Shown one piece after another: positions 36,809-51,096 of a stretch of DNA of 64,000 nucleotides; within the stretch, counting starts at the first letter, position 1; each line of letters starts with the position of its first letter. The notes under the pieces are model-generated. The model was not told the origin of the DNA, searched no databases, and was given only the letters and a program-made list of their open reading frames with translations. The translations under genes were made by a program, and so were the position numbers. Source of the DNA: Octopus vulgaris (taxonomy: Eukaryota); contig OX597823.1 in assembly GCA_951406725.2 (NCBI GenBank), positions 5,766,001 to 5,830,000 of the forward strand. Direction: 5' to 3'.

Positions 36809-37956
36809 CATATATGCTTTCTTTTATTTTCACATGGATTTCAAGGTTTATAGCATGCTTAATAGTTAAACCTGCTTACAAAGAAGGAAGTTTTACAGGT
36901 TGTTACTTTTTAAGGTTACTCATTGCTTAGGATTTTGCTATTGGTTTTTGATTTTTTCTTTGAATATTTTACTTAATGATCTTTACATTTATTTGATAAC
37001 TTTATTTGTATTATGCATTTATAACAATAACAGAAGTGTGTATATGTATATATATATATTTACATATATATATACATACACACACAATGCATTTTTTACA
37101 TAATTGCTTAAGGCTGACCTGACAAAATGAATATAGGTGAAGTTCCAATCAAATTACATCTATTATGCTTTTTTAAGATTATTTTGTTTTACTTTTATTA
37201 CAATTTTATTTATTTTTTATTTATATATTTATACATTAAAAATAACTACTTTGCACTTAATAAACCTTGGCTATGTAACTCAGTCATCTGACTTTTGTAT
37301 TTACATTAGATTTTGGGTCAGTATATTTCTTGATTACCTTCTCTCTTGTATTTCTGCAAATCCTGGACACAAGACAGAATGAATCAATGAAACAAACCTT
37401 GATATGGTTGCTTGACCTGCTAGAAATAGCAGCCAAATTTGTATCAGTTTTATTTTTAATGGCTTGATCTGGAGGAAGGCATTGTGGCTCTGGCCTTTGC
37501 AGGCACTTAGTTGTACTGTACCATCATGAAAATGAAGAACATATTTGATAATAAATTGAAACATTATTATTTCTAAATCTCTCAAAGAGAGATATTCAGT
37601 AGCAGTTCTTTAAAGTAAAGACTATTTGCCAACATAGTGTGGCTGTCTTAACTCCAGGAAACATTGGTTCCAGCTGGCTATACAACACAATACCTGTGTC
37701 CTTATATTTTTGAATAGGGTGTCCCACACCCCTATCCAGCACAAAGCAACAATGCAATTTAGAAAATGAAAACAAAATGAAAAAATGGATGGATGGTCAA
37801 AGCTGGTATGCTTTTGATCATAATTCTGGTTATTCAGTGCTGGTGTGGGTCCAAGCTACAGCAACAACTATACCAAGAGAACAGAACATAGGTATGTTTA
37901 TTTGTAACATAGGATTTCCATATTCCTTATCTGTTCATAAGAATTAAATGATATTT

Positions 37957-38188
37957 GTTTTTTTATTACCTACAAGGGGCTAAACATAGAGGGGACAAAC
38001 AAGGACAGACAAATGGATTAAGTCGATTACATCGACCCCAGTGCGTAACTGGTACCTAATTTATCGATCCCGAAAGGATGAAAGGCAAAGTTGACCGCGG
38101 CGGAATTTGAACTCAGAACGTAACGGCAGACGAAATACGGCTATGCATTTCGCCCGGCATGCTAACCTTTCTGCCAGCTCGTCGCCTT
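37957..38188 (-). mobile_element. SINE family B, young
   Basis: Full length, CpGs retained; TSD ataagaattaaatRatatt. Confidence 0.9.
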
Positions 38189-38941
38189 ATAAGAATTAAA
38201 TAATATTGAAATATGTACTAATTTTAGGCCTTTTTGGTACCAGTTTGCCTGACAATGCCTCAGGTTCCTGTTTGAAAATTATCTGAATTAAAACCTATTA
38301 AAATTTCACGTTAATTTGTTCCAGACACCAATTTTAATCCATTAACATTCAGGTGAGTCTGTTGGATGCAAGACTTGTTTATTCTCATTGTTTTGAATTA
38401 TTCATACAATATTCCATAGCTTCAAGACTTTGATGATGGGATTGCTTAGTTTTAGACTGAAGTTGTAGGATAAGGTATGAAAGGCCAGATCTGGCAGGTT
38501 TAAACATAAAACAGGTAGAATATTTTGGCTGGATATGGCCAGTTTAAAAGCCAAAAGGTTAACAGTGACAAATTTATTTCACAAAATTCTTGGTTATTTT
38601 CTAGATTAATCCAAATAAAACGGAGTATTTCAACAGAAATATGGAAACAAAATGTTTGCTAGTATTCCATCTCATCTCAGTAGTTTTGTAAGTTGTGAGT
38701 GGGGTTACTGAGCAGCCTCTAGGGGCATTAAGTAAACTGTTTTGTGTTCTTTGTAGTTTTGCTGTGGGGAGAGACTTCAGTGGTTTCAGGGAGATTTGGT
38801 TATTTGTTTTAGCAAGTTGAGGAACCACATAGATCTCTTCTTAGTTCATTGCCTTAATGTGGTATTATCTGCAGATATTTTCATATCTTCTCTCTGAAAT
38901 GCTTGCAGTACAGGTGTACAAACAGAATTGGCCACTGTCTC

Positions 38942-38994
<53 letters not shown>

Positions 38995-39093
38995 GTGTTA
39001 TGTTTAATATTCATTATGTAATGCATAATATTTCTATATTATAATTGCTTATGTAGTAAATGTTGTTTAGTTGATTTCTCAAGTCACATTTAC

Positions 39094-39149
<56 letters not shown>

Positions 39150-39984
39150 GGTATGTAGAAAAATACAACATGAAGAACGTATAACTCTTAGAGGACAGGA
39201 CATTCGAAACCTCAGTCTTCAGTCAGAACCGAGAGAGAGAGAGGTAAAATAGAGAAACAGCTAATAGTCTTTTTGTAAATATCCAAATGAGAAATGTGTT
39301 TTATTTAATTTTATTTTAAGGGAATAAATATTATTCTTTTGAAAATTAATATTCATTTCTTTATTTTATATAAGCACCAACAAATTTGATAAAAATTAAA
39401 TTATAATCATTATTGTATGTCTACCATATTCCATGGTGGCAAAAGTATATTTCTCCAAACTCAACCCATCATATGACAAGTAGCATTCTGGTTCATTATA
39501 TAATGTGCAATGTTCTACATGAGCATAACATTGATTATGTAATGCACAACATCACATAATCTGCAATATGCACTGTTCATTATGTAATGTGTAATTTTCA
39601 TTTATGATATGTAATATTTCTCGTATGATGTGCAGTATTCTTTATGCGATGTGGAACATTTTCAAGTAGTGTGTATTGCTTAAATATATGTTTATAATTT
39701 AGCATACAATGTTTATCATGTGATGTGTAATGTTCTTTAGGTAAAGTGAAATTTTCTTTGTGTAATATGTGTGTTGCTATACATGAAATGTATTCTTCGT
39801 CATGTAATGTGTAATGTTCCTCACATAACATTTTGTTCATCATGTAATATGTATGTAGATGATCCACCATCATCTTCTCTGCCTCTGAGTATGACTGTTA
39901 TTGTGACTTGTCATTCTTCTGTACCAGGTGTTTCATTTATTAGGTGGGGTTGTTAGTCTTACACTCAACATTAGAAAAAGAAAG

Positions 39985-40897
39985 CCAGGGAGCCAATTCT
40001 GGTCTCTTTGGAGTTGGAGTTTGCCTTCTCCTAGATGTTTTGTTTCCAAGGAGCTGAGAGCACCATCTGCCCCACCAGGCAATGCTGATTCAAAGGTAAC
40101 CTTTACTTACTTTATCACAGTACCATCATAAAGCTATTTTTGCAGCTTTAGTAGGTTCTTTGCTGCCACACAATGGTCCACTGCACCCTGATGGTGACTG
40201 TAGCCAGTGGCGGACTGGATCTAAAAATATTGGTTGCCAGGAGACTAAGGGGGCCCATCTGCAACTACGGTGCTATCATTTAATTTTTTTTTTGCTAAAA
40301 GTATTCTTTTCAACTGTCTACAAACACAGCCAGGCTGAAATAATTAATGCATTCTTCCAGGAGTGAATAAAACATTCTCAAACTTGAGAGGATGGGCCCC
40401 TTAGATACTAACAAGGGCCCCCATATATGGATTCTCACGGCGCAGGGGCCCACTTGCCATTGGACAAGCTGGCAACCTGGCCGGTCCACCTCTGACTGTA
40501 GCTGTTGGTCTGTGACTGTTTATTCGTCAGACCTGTATCTACTTATTTTGCAGCTGTCCTGCATATCTGAGGGAACACTCCACCATCTGCCACCTGTGGA
40601 TAGGCCCAGTACTCGTCAGCTCTGGTTCATGAAGATTGCGATTTGTCAGACATGTAATACGGCAACCAGAACACAGGCTGCCATACACTGCATTGACATG
40701 GACACCTGCTCGGAGCAAATGGGGGAGAGGAAGACCTCCCGAAATCTGGTGTAGCACCAACTCTGCAAAGACTTACAGGAACAGCAATTGACCTGGACTG
40801 AAGCAAAAATGGCTGCAGCAGACCGCTGCTGGTGGAGACAACTCATTGCCCAATGTTCCGTTAGGAACAGGAAGTACTGAGGCTAAGACTAAGAAGT
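39985..40897 (+). mobile_element. Internally deleted (non-autonomous) RTE LINE: 5' UTR-like part fused to ORF 3' end
   Basis: 5' part has gagtttgccttctcctagatg...ccaagg...gagcaccatctgcc (RTE 5' UTR-like); 3' part translates RLRFVRHVIRQPEHRLPYTALTWTPARSKWGRGRPPEIW / LCKDLQEQQLTWTEAKMAAADRCWWRQLIAQCSVRNRKY*; ctaag tail. Confidence 0.7.
40205..40494. mobile_element. hAT-Tip100-type MITE (290 bp)
   Basis: TIRs CAGTGGCGGACTGG / CCGGTCCACCTCTG; perfect 8-bp TSD actgtagc (40197-40204 and 40495-40502). Confidence 0.93.
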
Positions 40898-41115
40898 AAG
40901 ATGGATTGTCACATGAGGAGCAATGTCTCTTTTTTAATGTGATAGTTTCATATAGTGTGTGATGTTCATGTGTAATACATCGTTCTTCATGTCATGTGTA
41001 ATGCTTCTCATGAAATGCATAAAATTCAATTTTTAAATATTTCTCATCATAACTGTTTCTCAGGAGTATGTACTCTAAACCAATACATGCTCATCATTCT
41101 GTATGCAAACATATA

Positions 41116-41150
<35 letters not shown>

Positions 41151-42134
41151 ACACACACATCATCGTCATCGACATCATTGCTGCCATTGTGTGAATGTTC
41201 GCTTTCCCATGCTTGTATCTCTCAGACAGAATTCTTTGAGGCAGATTTTTTAAAAATCTGGTGCCCTTCCTGTCACCAACTGTCACCTGTTTCCAAGCAA
41301 GCTGTAGTATCTCCCTGAGGCTGGACATGGTTTCACAGAATATTGGAAATACATGATTCTGCTGGTATGATGGAGGGGCTTGCTTACAACTGTCATGCAA
41401 TGCCAAGATGATGGGGATAGAGAGAGAGAGAGGGAGAGGGAGAGGGGGGAGAGAGAGAGAAACACGCACACACACACACAATTAGAGAGACCGCAAAAGC
41501 TTCTTTCAGGTTCCAACAACCAAGTCCACAAGGCTTTGGTCAGCCTGAGGCTGTAGTGAAAGACACTTGCCCAAGGTTCCACACAGTGGGACTGAACCCT
41601 TAACTATGTGGCTAGGAAGCAAACTTCTAACCACGCAGCCATGCCTGAATATTTATTTGTGTGTGTATGAACTGAGCATGTATAATATTGGTATCTTATC
41701 ATGGGCCCAAGGCTACAAATTCACAAATAAACAAATACAGTGAATCTAGCCAACAACCTATTCCTGCAGAATAAAAATCAAAGCCAGCCATGAGGAGAGT
41801 TTGAACTCAGGATGTGGGGAAATAGAAAGCATTAAACAAACTAAATACTGAGAGGTATTTAGTCTCTTCTTCTTCTTCTTCTTCTTCTTCCTCTCTCCCC
41901 ATTAGCCTACACCCTGCTACCCACACAGAACAATACAGCAGGCCTCAGGTGCTCAAGTGCAGTATGAAAATAAAAACTGGTTTTAACTTTTCTTTAAAAA
42001 CTCTTTCTTTTATGCTGTAAATACCATCAAGCAATTCCTAAATGTCAGAGCATTCTGGTTTGCTGTCTGCTTATAAAATGATACACCATAAACTTCATAG
42101 AGAAAAAAGAATATAGTTCAGTCTTTATATGATA

Positions 42135-42830
42135 TGATGTGTGTGTGTGTGCACAGTATGTACAGTATGTATATGTGTGTGTGTGTGTGTGTGTATGAAT
42201 ATGTATGCTTGTATGTATAGTATGTATATGTGTGTGTATAGTATCTATATGTATATATATATATGTGTGTGTGTATGAATATGTATGCTTCTGTGTGTAG
42301 TATGTATATGTGTGTGTATAGTATCTATATGTATATATATATATGTGTGTGTGTATGAATATGTATGCTTCTGTGTGTAGTATGTATATGTGTGTGTATA
42401 GTATCTATATGTATGTATGTGTGTGTGTATGAATATGTGTGCTTGTATGTACAGTATGTATATGTGTGTGTGTATAGTATCTATATGTATGTATATATGT
42501 GTGTGTGTGTATGAATATGTATGCTTGTATGTATAGTATGTATATGTGTGTGTGTATAGTATCTATATGTATGTATATATATATATATGTGTGTATGTGT
42601 GTGTATGAATATGTATACTTGTATGTATAGTATTTATATGTGTGTGTATAGTATCTATATGTATGTATATATATATATATATGTGTGTATGTGTGTGTAT
42701 GAATATGTATACTTGTATGTATAGTATTTATGTGTGTGTATAGTATCTATATGTATATATATGCGTGTGTATGAATATGTATGCTTGTATGTATAGTATG
42801 TATATGTGTGTGTGTATAGTATCTATATGT

Positions 42831-42864
<34 letters not shown>

Positions 42865-43200
42865 ATGTGTGTGTATGAATATGTATACTTGTATGTATAG
42901 TATTTATATGTGTGTGTATAGTATCTATATGTATATATATGCGTGTGTATGAATATGTATGCTTGTATGTATAGTATGTATATGTGTGTGTGTGTATAGT
43001 ATCTATATGTATGTATATGTGTGAGTGTGTGTGTGTGTGTATGTATATATATGATTGTATGTATAGTATGTATATGTGTGTGTTATAGTATCTAATAGTA
43101 TGTATATGTGTGTGTATGAATATGTATGCTTCTGTGTGTAGTATGTATATGTATGTATATTTGTTTGAATATGTATGTGTGTGTGTGTGTGTGTGTGTGT
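42135..43200. repeat. Minisatellite, ~62-75 bp unit (gtatgaatatgtatgcttgtatgtatagtatgtatatgtgtgtgtatagtatctatat...), about 14 copies
   Basis: Direct reading; followed by a 44-bp x3 TG-derived repeat at ~43340-43480. Confidence 0.9.
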
Positions 43201-44192
43201 ATCTGTGTCTGTATGTTATAACTTATATGTATATATTTATAATAGTATTTGTATCTTATATTCACAATTTATCTAAATAATTATAGGTCTTCACATTTTA
43301 TAGTCATAACTTAGCTATCTCTTTATATATAAATATATGTGCGTGTGTGTGTATACGTTTGTGTATGTGTGTGTGTGTATGTTTGTGTGTGTGTATACGT
43401 TTGTGTATGTGTGTGTGTGTATGTTTGTGTGTGTGTATACGTTTGTGTATGTGTGTGTGTGTATGTTTGTGTGCGTGTGTGTGTATATATATAATGGTGT
43501 ATATATTTAATATATCATAGTTCTTTATATTCCATACACACAGTTTATCTATCTATTATATTATAATTCTTAATATCTTATTTTCACAATTTATCTCTCT
43601 ATATATTTTCATATCTACCTACCCACCATCCACTTTCCTTCCTTCCTTCCTTCCTTCCTTTACTTTTTATATAAAACTGACTGTATGTGTATTGTGAGTT
43701 AAAAAGCCACATTACAGCACTTAGAAATTTTTTATACAGCCACATTTTTTCCCCCAAGGTGAAGGTCATATACTAAATAATTTCTTCTGAAATTTGTTGC
43801 TTTTTTTTAATTAATTTCTCAAGATAAAAACTGAAAATATTATTATATATTCACTGAGCATTGCAACAGACAATGGAAAAGTCACTGATTAGAAAAACTA
43901 TTCACTTAGAGAATAATAATTATGGAAATTAATACAGATTTTTTCTTTTTGCTTTGTTAAAAAGAGCATGTTTACACTGAAAGTTTCAAAGCTAAAATTG
44001 TATTGTAGATTCTCTGCTTTTTATTATTTTCTATGATTTCAATATACAGACATGTTTTTTCAAACTCATTATGTAATTATGAAATGGAGTTTCAAAGCTA
44101 TATTCTTTGTATGTGAGATATCATGCACTATATGTGTGTGTGTGTGTTTCTGTACACACATATATAAAAAAAACATACACACACACTGATAT

Positions 44193-44366
44193 TATGGAGA
44201 TGTACTTGCATAGCAAGTGACCTGATCTGAGATCATGTGCTGAAGCAAAAGCAGTTGCAGCATGGAAGATGTTTATAAGCCATTTAAAAACACACAAAAA
44301 TTTAAATGTTGAAGTGAATCTAATGGTTTTTTTGTGTTTTTAAATGGCTTATAAACACCTTTCATG

Positions 44367-44370
<4 letters not shown>
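44193..44370. mobile_element. Second, centrally deleted copy of the 7603-7828 palindromic element
   Basis: ggagatgtacttgcatagcaagtgacctgatctgag ... aaatggcttataaacaccttt; followed by (TA)n. Confidence 0.85.
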
Positions 44371-44403
<33 letters not shown>

Positions 44404-44441
44404 CAAATACATACACACATATCATATACATATGTATAATA

Positions 44442-45120
44442 TATGAGGTCTGATCAATAAGTATCCGAACATTTGCCATAGTAACAAAGCTAAAGCATGC
44501 AGAGTGAAGCCACTTGGCACAGATTGATCTTGAACTCTACTGTGCATGCACACTAAATTTTAACATTCTAGCTCACCTCCACTGTTTACAGCAGTGCTTG
44601 GAAGGTAGGTGTGTAGTGTGTGAGCGTCACATTGACCTTGACAGAGAAAGTTGTTGTGGTGATATCTACTCAGAGGTCTACACAAAACTGCAGAAAGTGT
44701 ATGGAGAGGCATGTATGAACCTCACACAAGTGTATGAGTGGTTCAGACGTTTCCAAGATGGCTGAGAAAATGTCAATATTCACGAAAGTTCTGGGAGCCC
44801 TGCAACCAGCAGAACTAAGTGAAACATCACAGATGTGAGAGGAAATCACCAAATCACCATTCCTGACTTATCAGAGAATGTGCAGATTAGTTACGGTTCA
44901 GTTCAGTCCATTATCACTAGAAATTTGGGTATGAGATGCATGTCTGCCAAGTTTGTGCCAAAACTGTTTTCAGCTGATCAAAAAGACACTGGGGTTTCTG
45001 TTGCACAAGATCTCCTTGATTGTGTTGGGAGCGATGAAAACGTTTTGAAAACTTGGTGTAGGCAAAATTTGATGCAGATTCTCTGCTCAACTTTCTTTCC
45101 AAGCACTGCTGTAAATGAAT
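44442..45120 (+). mobile_element. Mariner deletion derivative (left TIR + N-terminal transposase)
   Basis: tatgaggtctgatcaataagtatccg left end; frames EVYTKLQKVYGEACMNLTQVYEWFRRFQDG (HTH) and ISYGSVQSIITRNLGMRCMSAKFVPKLFSADQK (WVPK-like linker). Confidence 0.85.
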
Positions 45121-45276
45121 AAGCCTCACCTTTCATCTAGATTGTCACATCTTGAATGTGCTGCTGGGCAAAGGTGACTCAGACCCCCAACAGTGTATGT
45201 CTGTCAGCTCATGACTACAGAAATACATAGAACAAATGAGTGAAACCTTAGTACAAGCCATTAGGCCATGCTCAGT

Positions 45277-45309
<33 letters not shown>

Positions 45310-45314
<5 letters not shown>

Positions 45315-45698
45315 TAAGACGTTTACTTTCCAACCACATGGTTCTGAGTTGAGTCCCACTGTGTGGAACTTTGAGCTGAGCAAAACCTTGTGAGTGGATT
45401 TGGTAGACAGAAAACTGAAAGAAGCCTTTCATGTGAGTATGTGTGTGTGTGTGTGTGTCTTTGTTTCTCCTCAACCACAACTTGACAACCGGTGTTGGTG
45501 TGTTTACATCCCCATCACTTAGCAGATTGGCAAAAGCAACCAATAGAATAAGCACCAGGCTTAAAAATCAAATACTGAGATCAATTTGTTTGACTGAAAT
45601 TCTTCAAGGCAGTGCCTCAGTATGGCAGTGCCCCAGCATGGCACTGCCCAGCATGGCTGCAGCCTAATGACTGCAACAAATAAAAGAGTTAAAGAATA
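45310..45698 (+). mobile_element. SINE family A, decayed, with local triplication of gcagtgccccagcatg
   Basis: Family A body and tail motifs. Confidence 0.75.
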
Positions 45699-45815
45699 TA
45701 TAAAGGAAGCTGTTGGGGAGGCAACTCTTGTAAGAGAAAGATACTCTGACATAAAACTTGCAATCGAAGTAGTCCCAGTGACCTTGCAATGCTTGTCACT
45801 GGAACATTCTACAGC

Positions 45816-45868
<53 letters not shown>

Positions 45869-46259
45869 GCAAAAGTGTCATAAAGGCTTTTGTCACTTAA
45901 ATCTAACAACATAAAAGTATTGCATTATCATTTCTAAATGTGAGACTCAGTTGTCATCTGAGAAGAAGATGCAATCATCATCATCATCATATATATTTAT
46001 ATATATATCCTAATATAATAATGAGCATAGTGTTTTGATATATCATCATCATCATCATCATCATCGTTTAGCGTCCGCTTTCCATGCTAGCTTGGGTTGG
46101 ACGGTTCAACTGGGGTCTGTGAAGCCAGAAGGCTGCATCAGGCCCAGTCTGATCTGGCAGTGTTTCTACGGCTGGATGCCCTTCCTAACGCCAACCACTC
46201 CATGAGTGTAGTGGGTGCTTTTTACGTGCCACCCGCACATATATACAAATATATATATT

Positions 46260-46314
<55 letters not shown>

Positions 46315-46847
46315 CTAAAATCACAGAGTAGGAGTAGGTGAAAGAGCAGTATAAGAGAAGGGAGAGGAGAGAAAATAGTAATTCAGTGAAGGAGAAGTAG
46401 TGAGAGTAATAGCCATGACAGAGAGAGTTAGAGAAAGTAATAGCAAAGAGTGTGTTGTGTGTCTTCTGTTTTTCTCCGTCACAACATATGAATGAGAAAG
46501 GAAGGGGTGATAGATGATTGACGAAGGGGATGAAGGGGATGAAAAAAAACAGCATTTCAACTCTGAATATATATGTGTGTGTGTGTGTGTGTGAATGTTT
46601 GTATCTGTGATTATTATGTACCTTATTTTATACCTTATTTATATATAAAATACAATTAGCTGTTATTTTTGATGGCGCAGGATCAGTTAATAATTAATAA
46701 TGACTAAATTGAAACATCTTTAAATTTCATTTCCAAGTGGTGCTATTAAGTTAGACATGGTCTGAGCCAATGCTGGCCAAAACTTATCTAAGTGTGTGTG
46801 TGTATATATATATATACACACACACACACATATTATACACATTATGT

Positions 46848-47073
46848 GGTGAGCTGGCAGAAACGTTAGCACGCCGGACGAAATGCATAGCGGTGTTTCA
46901 TCTGCCACTACGTTCTGAGTTCTAATTCCACCGAGGTCGACTTTGCCTTTCATCCTTTCGGGGTTGATTAAATAAGTACCAGTTACGCACTGAGGTCAAT
47001 ACAATCAACTTAATCCTTCTGTCTGTCCTTGTTTGTCCTCTCTGTTTTTAGCTTCTTGTGGGTAGTAAAGAAA
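46848..47073 (+). mobile_element. SINE family B
   Basis: Full length; TSD acatattatacacattat. Confidence 0.9.
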
Positions 47074-47484
47074 TACATATTATACACATTATATGTGTGT
47101 GTGTGTGTGTGTGTAGAAGAGACAAAATCAGCAGTGACCACGATCATGTCATGAGTAGCTACTATGCTCCACTGTTACTAAACTGGTTGTGTTGAAAGGG
47201 TTCCAGGTGGAAATGTTGTCATGTAGGTAATGTGTCAGCATTCAGTTAGCAGGGATGTGTGGATGTGAGGGGGAGGGGGACATGTTCTTAGGCAAACAGA
47301 CACAAATGAAATCCTGTACCTCCCTAAAGGCAATATTTGCATGGAAATTTCAAGTAAGAGGAACCAAATATAGACGTTAGATTAAAGTCTCTTTCATCTT
47401 TGCAATCATGGAATCACGTTTATTGGTTCTTAATTCTACCTTCTATGGATTTAGTTAGCAGCAGCAGCGGTGGTGGTGGTATTT

Positions 47485-47710
47485 ACAGAATCGTTAGCAC
47501 GCCGGGCGAAATGCTTATCGGTATTTCGTCTGCCGTTACGTTGTGAGTTCAAATTCCGCCGAGGTCAACTTTGCCTTTCATCCTTTCGGGGTCGATAAAT
47601 TAAGTACCAGTTATGCACTGGGGTCGATGTAATCGACTTAATACCTATGTCTGTCCTTGTTTGTCCCCTCTGTGTTTAGCCCCTTGTGGGTAATAAAGAA
47701 ATAGGTATTT
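47485..47710 (+). mobile_element. SINE family B, young
   Basis: cagaatcgttagcacgccgggcgaaatg ... gtgggtaataaagaaatagg. Confidence 0.9.
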
Positions 47711-48102
47711 GTAGTAGCTGATGGCAGTAGAGAGGATCATGTGGTGGAGGGGGTAGAGGTGATCCATGTCAATCCAATAGACTTATGCTCGAAGACATTC
47801 CGTCTTTGACCATCCTGACATTTTTTGCTTTGTCTAAGTATAAAGTACCTAGGACTGCATCAGCATTTTTGTTTTATTTTACCAACTTTAAATCAGTCAG
47901 ATGTAATTTGAGGAACATCTCACTGTTTTCTCTATCAAGTCAAGCAATAATTACAAAATGGGTCCATCACTGGGGGTCACTTCATCTCACAACTACATCG
48001 AAGCTCTCCCTCTTTCTTGTGATGTGGTTCAATTTTCTGATCAACGAAATAAAGTGTGTGTGTGTGTGAATGTAAACTTGTCTCCTAGCCTTGACGTTGT
48101 GT

Positions 48103-48390
48103 GGTGAAGGCATGTTGCTTAGTGGTTCAGGTATTTGGCTCGTGGTTGTAAGGTTATGAGTTTGATTCCTGGTGGAGTGTTGTGTCCTTAAGCAAGACAC
48201 TTTATTTCACGTTGTTCCATTCCACTCAGCTGGCAAAAATGAGTTGTATCTGTACTTCAAAGGGCCAGCCTTGTCACATTCTGAGTTTTAGAGTATGCAT
48301 GTCTGTGGAGTCCTCAGCCACTTGCACATAAATTTCACAAGCAGGTCTGTTCAATTGATCAGATCATTGTAACTAATGGAGTGCCAGTTA
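48103..48390 (+). mobile_element. tRNA-derived SINE (head type 2 + tail B)
   Basis: Matches 12683-13000. Confidence 0.8.
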
Positions 48391-49295
48391 ACATTGTGTA
48401 ATAGTTGTAAATGAGTGTCACTGTCATACAAGCAGTGTCATTCATTTCCAGTATTTTGCAGAAACATGTCTGCTCAGGTTAGGGTTGGTGACTGGAAGAG
48501 CATTCAGCTACAGAAAATCTGCTTCAATAAACTCCATCCGATGCTGGCAATCATAACAAAAATTGATGTTAAACACAATGCTGATGATGATGCTATTTAT
48601 TCTCTGTTAGCAGAGAATAACTAAGATTACAAAAAACTGATCTTAGTCTTTGCATGTTTTTCCAACTTCCACATGAAACAAGGTCATCATGCCATTTTAT
48701 TTTTAACCTCTTATTATTTCTGTTCTTTTTCAGAGGAATATAAACATTGACACAATCAGCCAACCAGTAAATCGATCAATCACAACATAAATAATGTATA
48801 AACAAGGAAATTTCTAGGGGAGAAAATCATTGAATTTTACCTGTGAAACGCACACCAAAATTTTTCAAAGAAAAATAAAAAATAAAAATCTCTGACACAG
48901 CCAGAAATATGTCTGAAGTAAGTGTTCCTTCATTGTCTACATATTTTACTCTGCAGCCATTTGGTTTTAAAACTCTTCTCAACCTACTTTATGGTGTGGC
49001 ATGTTTTCCCTCCTTGCTCAGATATCGTCTTTGTGTGTGTGTGTTTCTGTTTTTGATTTTAATGTGTTTAGGTATTTCATGCAAAGTCTGATGACATTGT
49101 TCTTTCTCCTCACCTTCTCTCCCTCTCTCTGTCTCCCTCCTTCTTTATCCATGTTTCTCTGTTTTTGTTCTGGCCCTCTCCTCTCTTCTTTTTCTGTGGT
49201 TTTCTGTTTCTATGGTATACACATGCTCTCACATGTATATATTGGTTTATGTCCATATCTGTGTGCATGGGTGTGTATGTTTGTGTGTGTGTGTG

Positions 49296-49341
<46 letters not shown>

Positions 49342-49403
49342 CGTGAGTGTCAACTTTTTAGTACAACTTTTTTTGCTTTCTCTATGAGCATAATTTATAT
49401 ATA

Positions 49404-49444
<41 letters not shown>

Positions 49445-49539
49445 TGTATTACACACACATACATATATGTATATATATATATGTGTGTATATATATGTAA
49501 ATATATATGTGTATATATACATATATGCATATGTATATG

Positions 49540-49574
<35 letters not shown>

Positions 49575-49633
49575 GTATGTATATATATGTATATATATGT
49601 ATATATATATTTTTTTTTTTATGTATATATATG

Positions 49634-49665
<32 letters not shown>

Positions 49666-50254
49666 CATATATATGTATATATATGTATATAAATATATAT
49701 ATGTATGTATTTATATATATATGTGTATATATATGTATATGTATATGTGTGTGTGTGTGTGTGGGTGTGCGTGTGTACCTATACATATTTATATACAAAT
49801 GTACATAAGCACATCTACACACACACACACACACGTGCGCACGCGAAGTACATATATTATTACAGTCGGCAACTTGGCGGCAGGTTTTTATCTTTGAGAA
49901 GATAAATGTTCCACAACCCACGTTATTACCTAAGCCATCATTAGTAATGAAACCCGCAATAGGAAGTCCTTAGGACATTTTACTGCAACAAGGAGGAATC
50001 CTTGTGGTGTCTGTGGAATATCTCATTAGCAACAGAACTCAAAATATTCTCTGGAAAACAAAGAAACGAAGCTGAAAAATCAAAATCAATTATGATAAAA
50101 TAAATTATTGATTATCTTTTGTATAGGCACACACACACACACACATACACACACACGCACATACTCACAAATATACACACATGAATACACATGCATAAAC
50201 ACACACATCTACATACATATATACTCCTGCATTCCCTTCTCACTTCCTCTCACC

Positions 50255-50460
50255 CTTGCTCTTCACTTCCTCCAACACTCTCTCCTTTCCAGCTCTCTCT
50301 CTCTCCTTACTCCAGCAACCTCTTCTCATTTCCTCCAGCATTCTCTGCTCTCCACCTCCAGCACTCTCCTCTACTTCTAGCACTCTCTGCTCTCCAGTAT
50401 TCTCTGCTCTCCAGCACTCTCTGCTCTCCAACACTCTCTCCTCCTTTCCTCTAGCATTCT
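50255..50460. repeat. Degenerate CT-rich tandem repeat (ctccagcactctctgct)
   Basis: Direct reading. Confidence 0.7.
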
Positions 50461-51096
50461 CTTTGTCTCTCCATTATTTTCCTATCCACCAAATGGCTAA
50501 TATTTACAGAGGTTCAATACCCACTGATGCCAAATACCTCCAATTGTATTGTATCAATAATTTTTCTTGACTCCTTCAAATTCCAACACCCTGTCCAAAA
50601 TTCATTCCAAGCTCTGTAATCTCTTTCAGTTTTCACTGATTGATTTGCAATCATCATGAACTTTTCCAACATTTGTGAAACTCTTGACATAGACTGTGAA
50701 CCTCTCACATTTGTCTCAAACTTTTCCCATCCACACTAATCCATTCAAACACCCTAAATTCTAGCCACTATCGCGAAACCCTCTCAATTGACAAGAACTC
50801 ATCTTAATGCTTTTGAGCTTTGACTTAACACTGCAAACTCTGACCAAACATTGCAAAACCCTTTCCAAAGTTTGAGAACTCTGTCCATAACATTTCCAAA
50901 CTCCCTTCCTTGCACAAATTCCTTCTTATAACTCCTCTCTCCCCAAACTCATCCTAAACAAACTGACTCATCACAAAATATCCTCAGCAATCGCATGCTT
51001 GTCTCACTCTTCATACAGACTGCATCGCTTGCAGCTCATTACATCAGCACTTCCAGGCTTCTTGACAAGTATTGACCTGTTGTAGATTTTTTGTAA

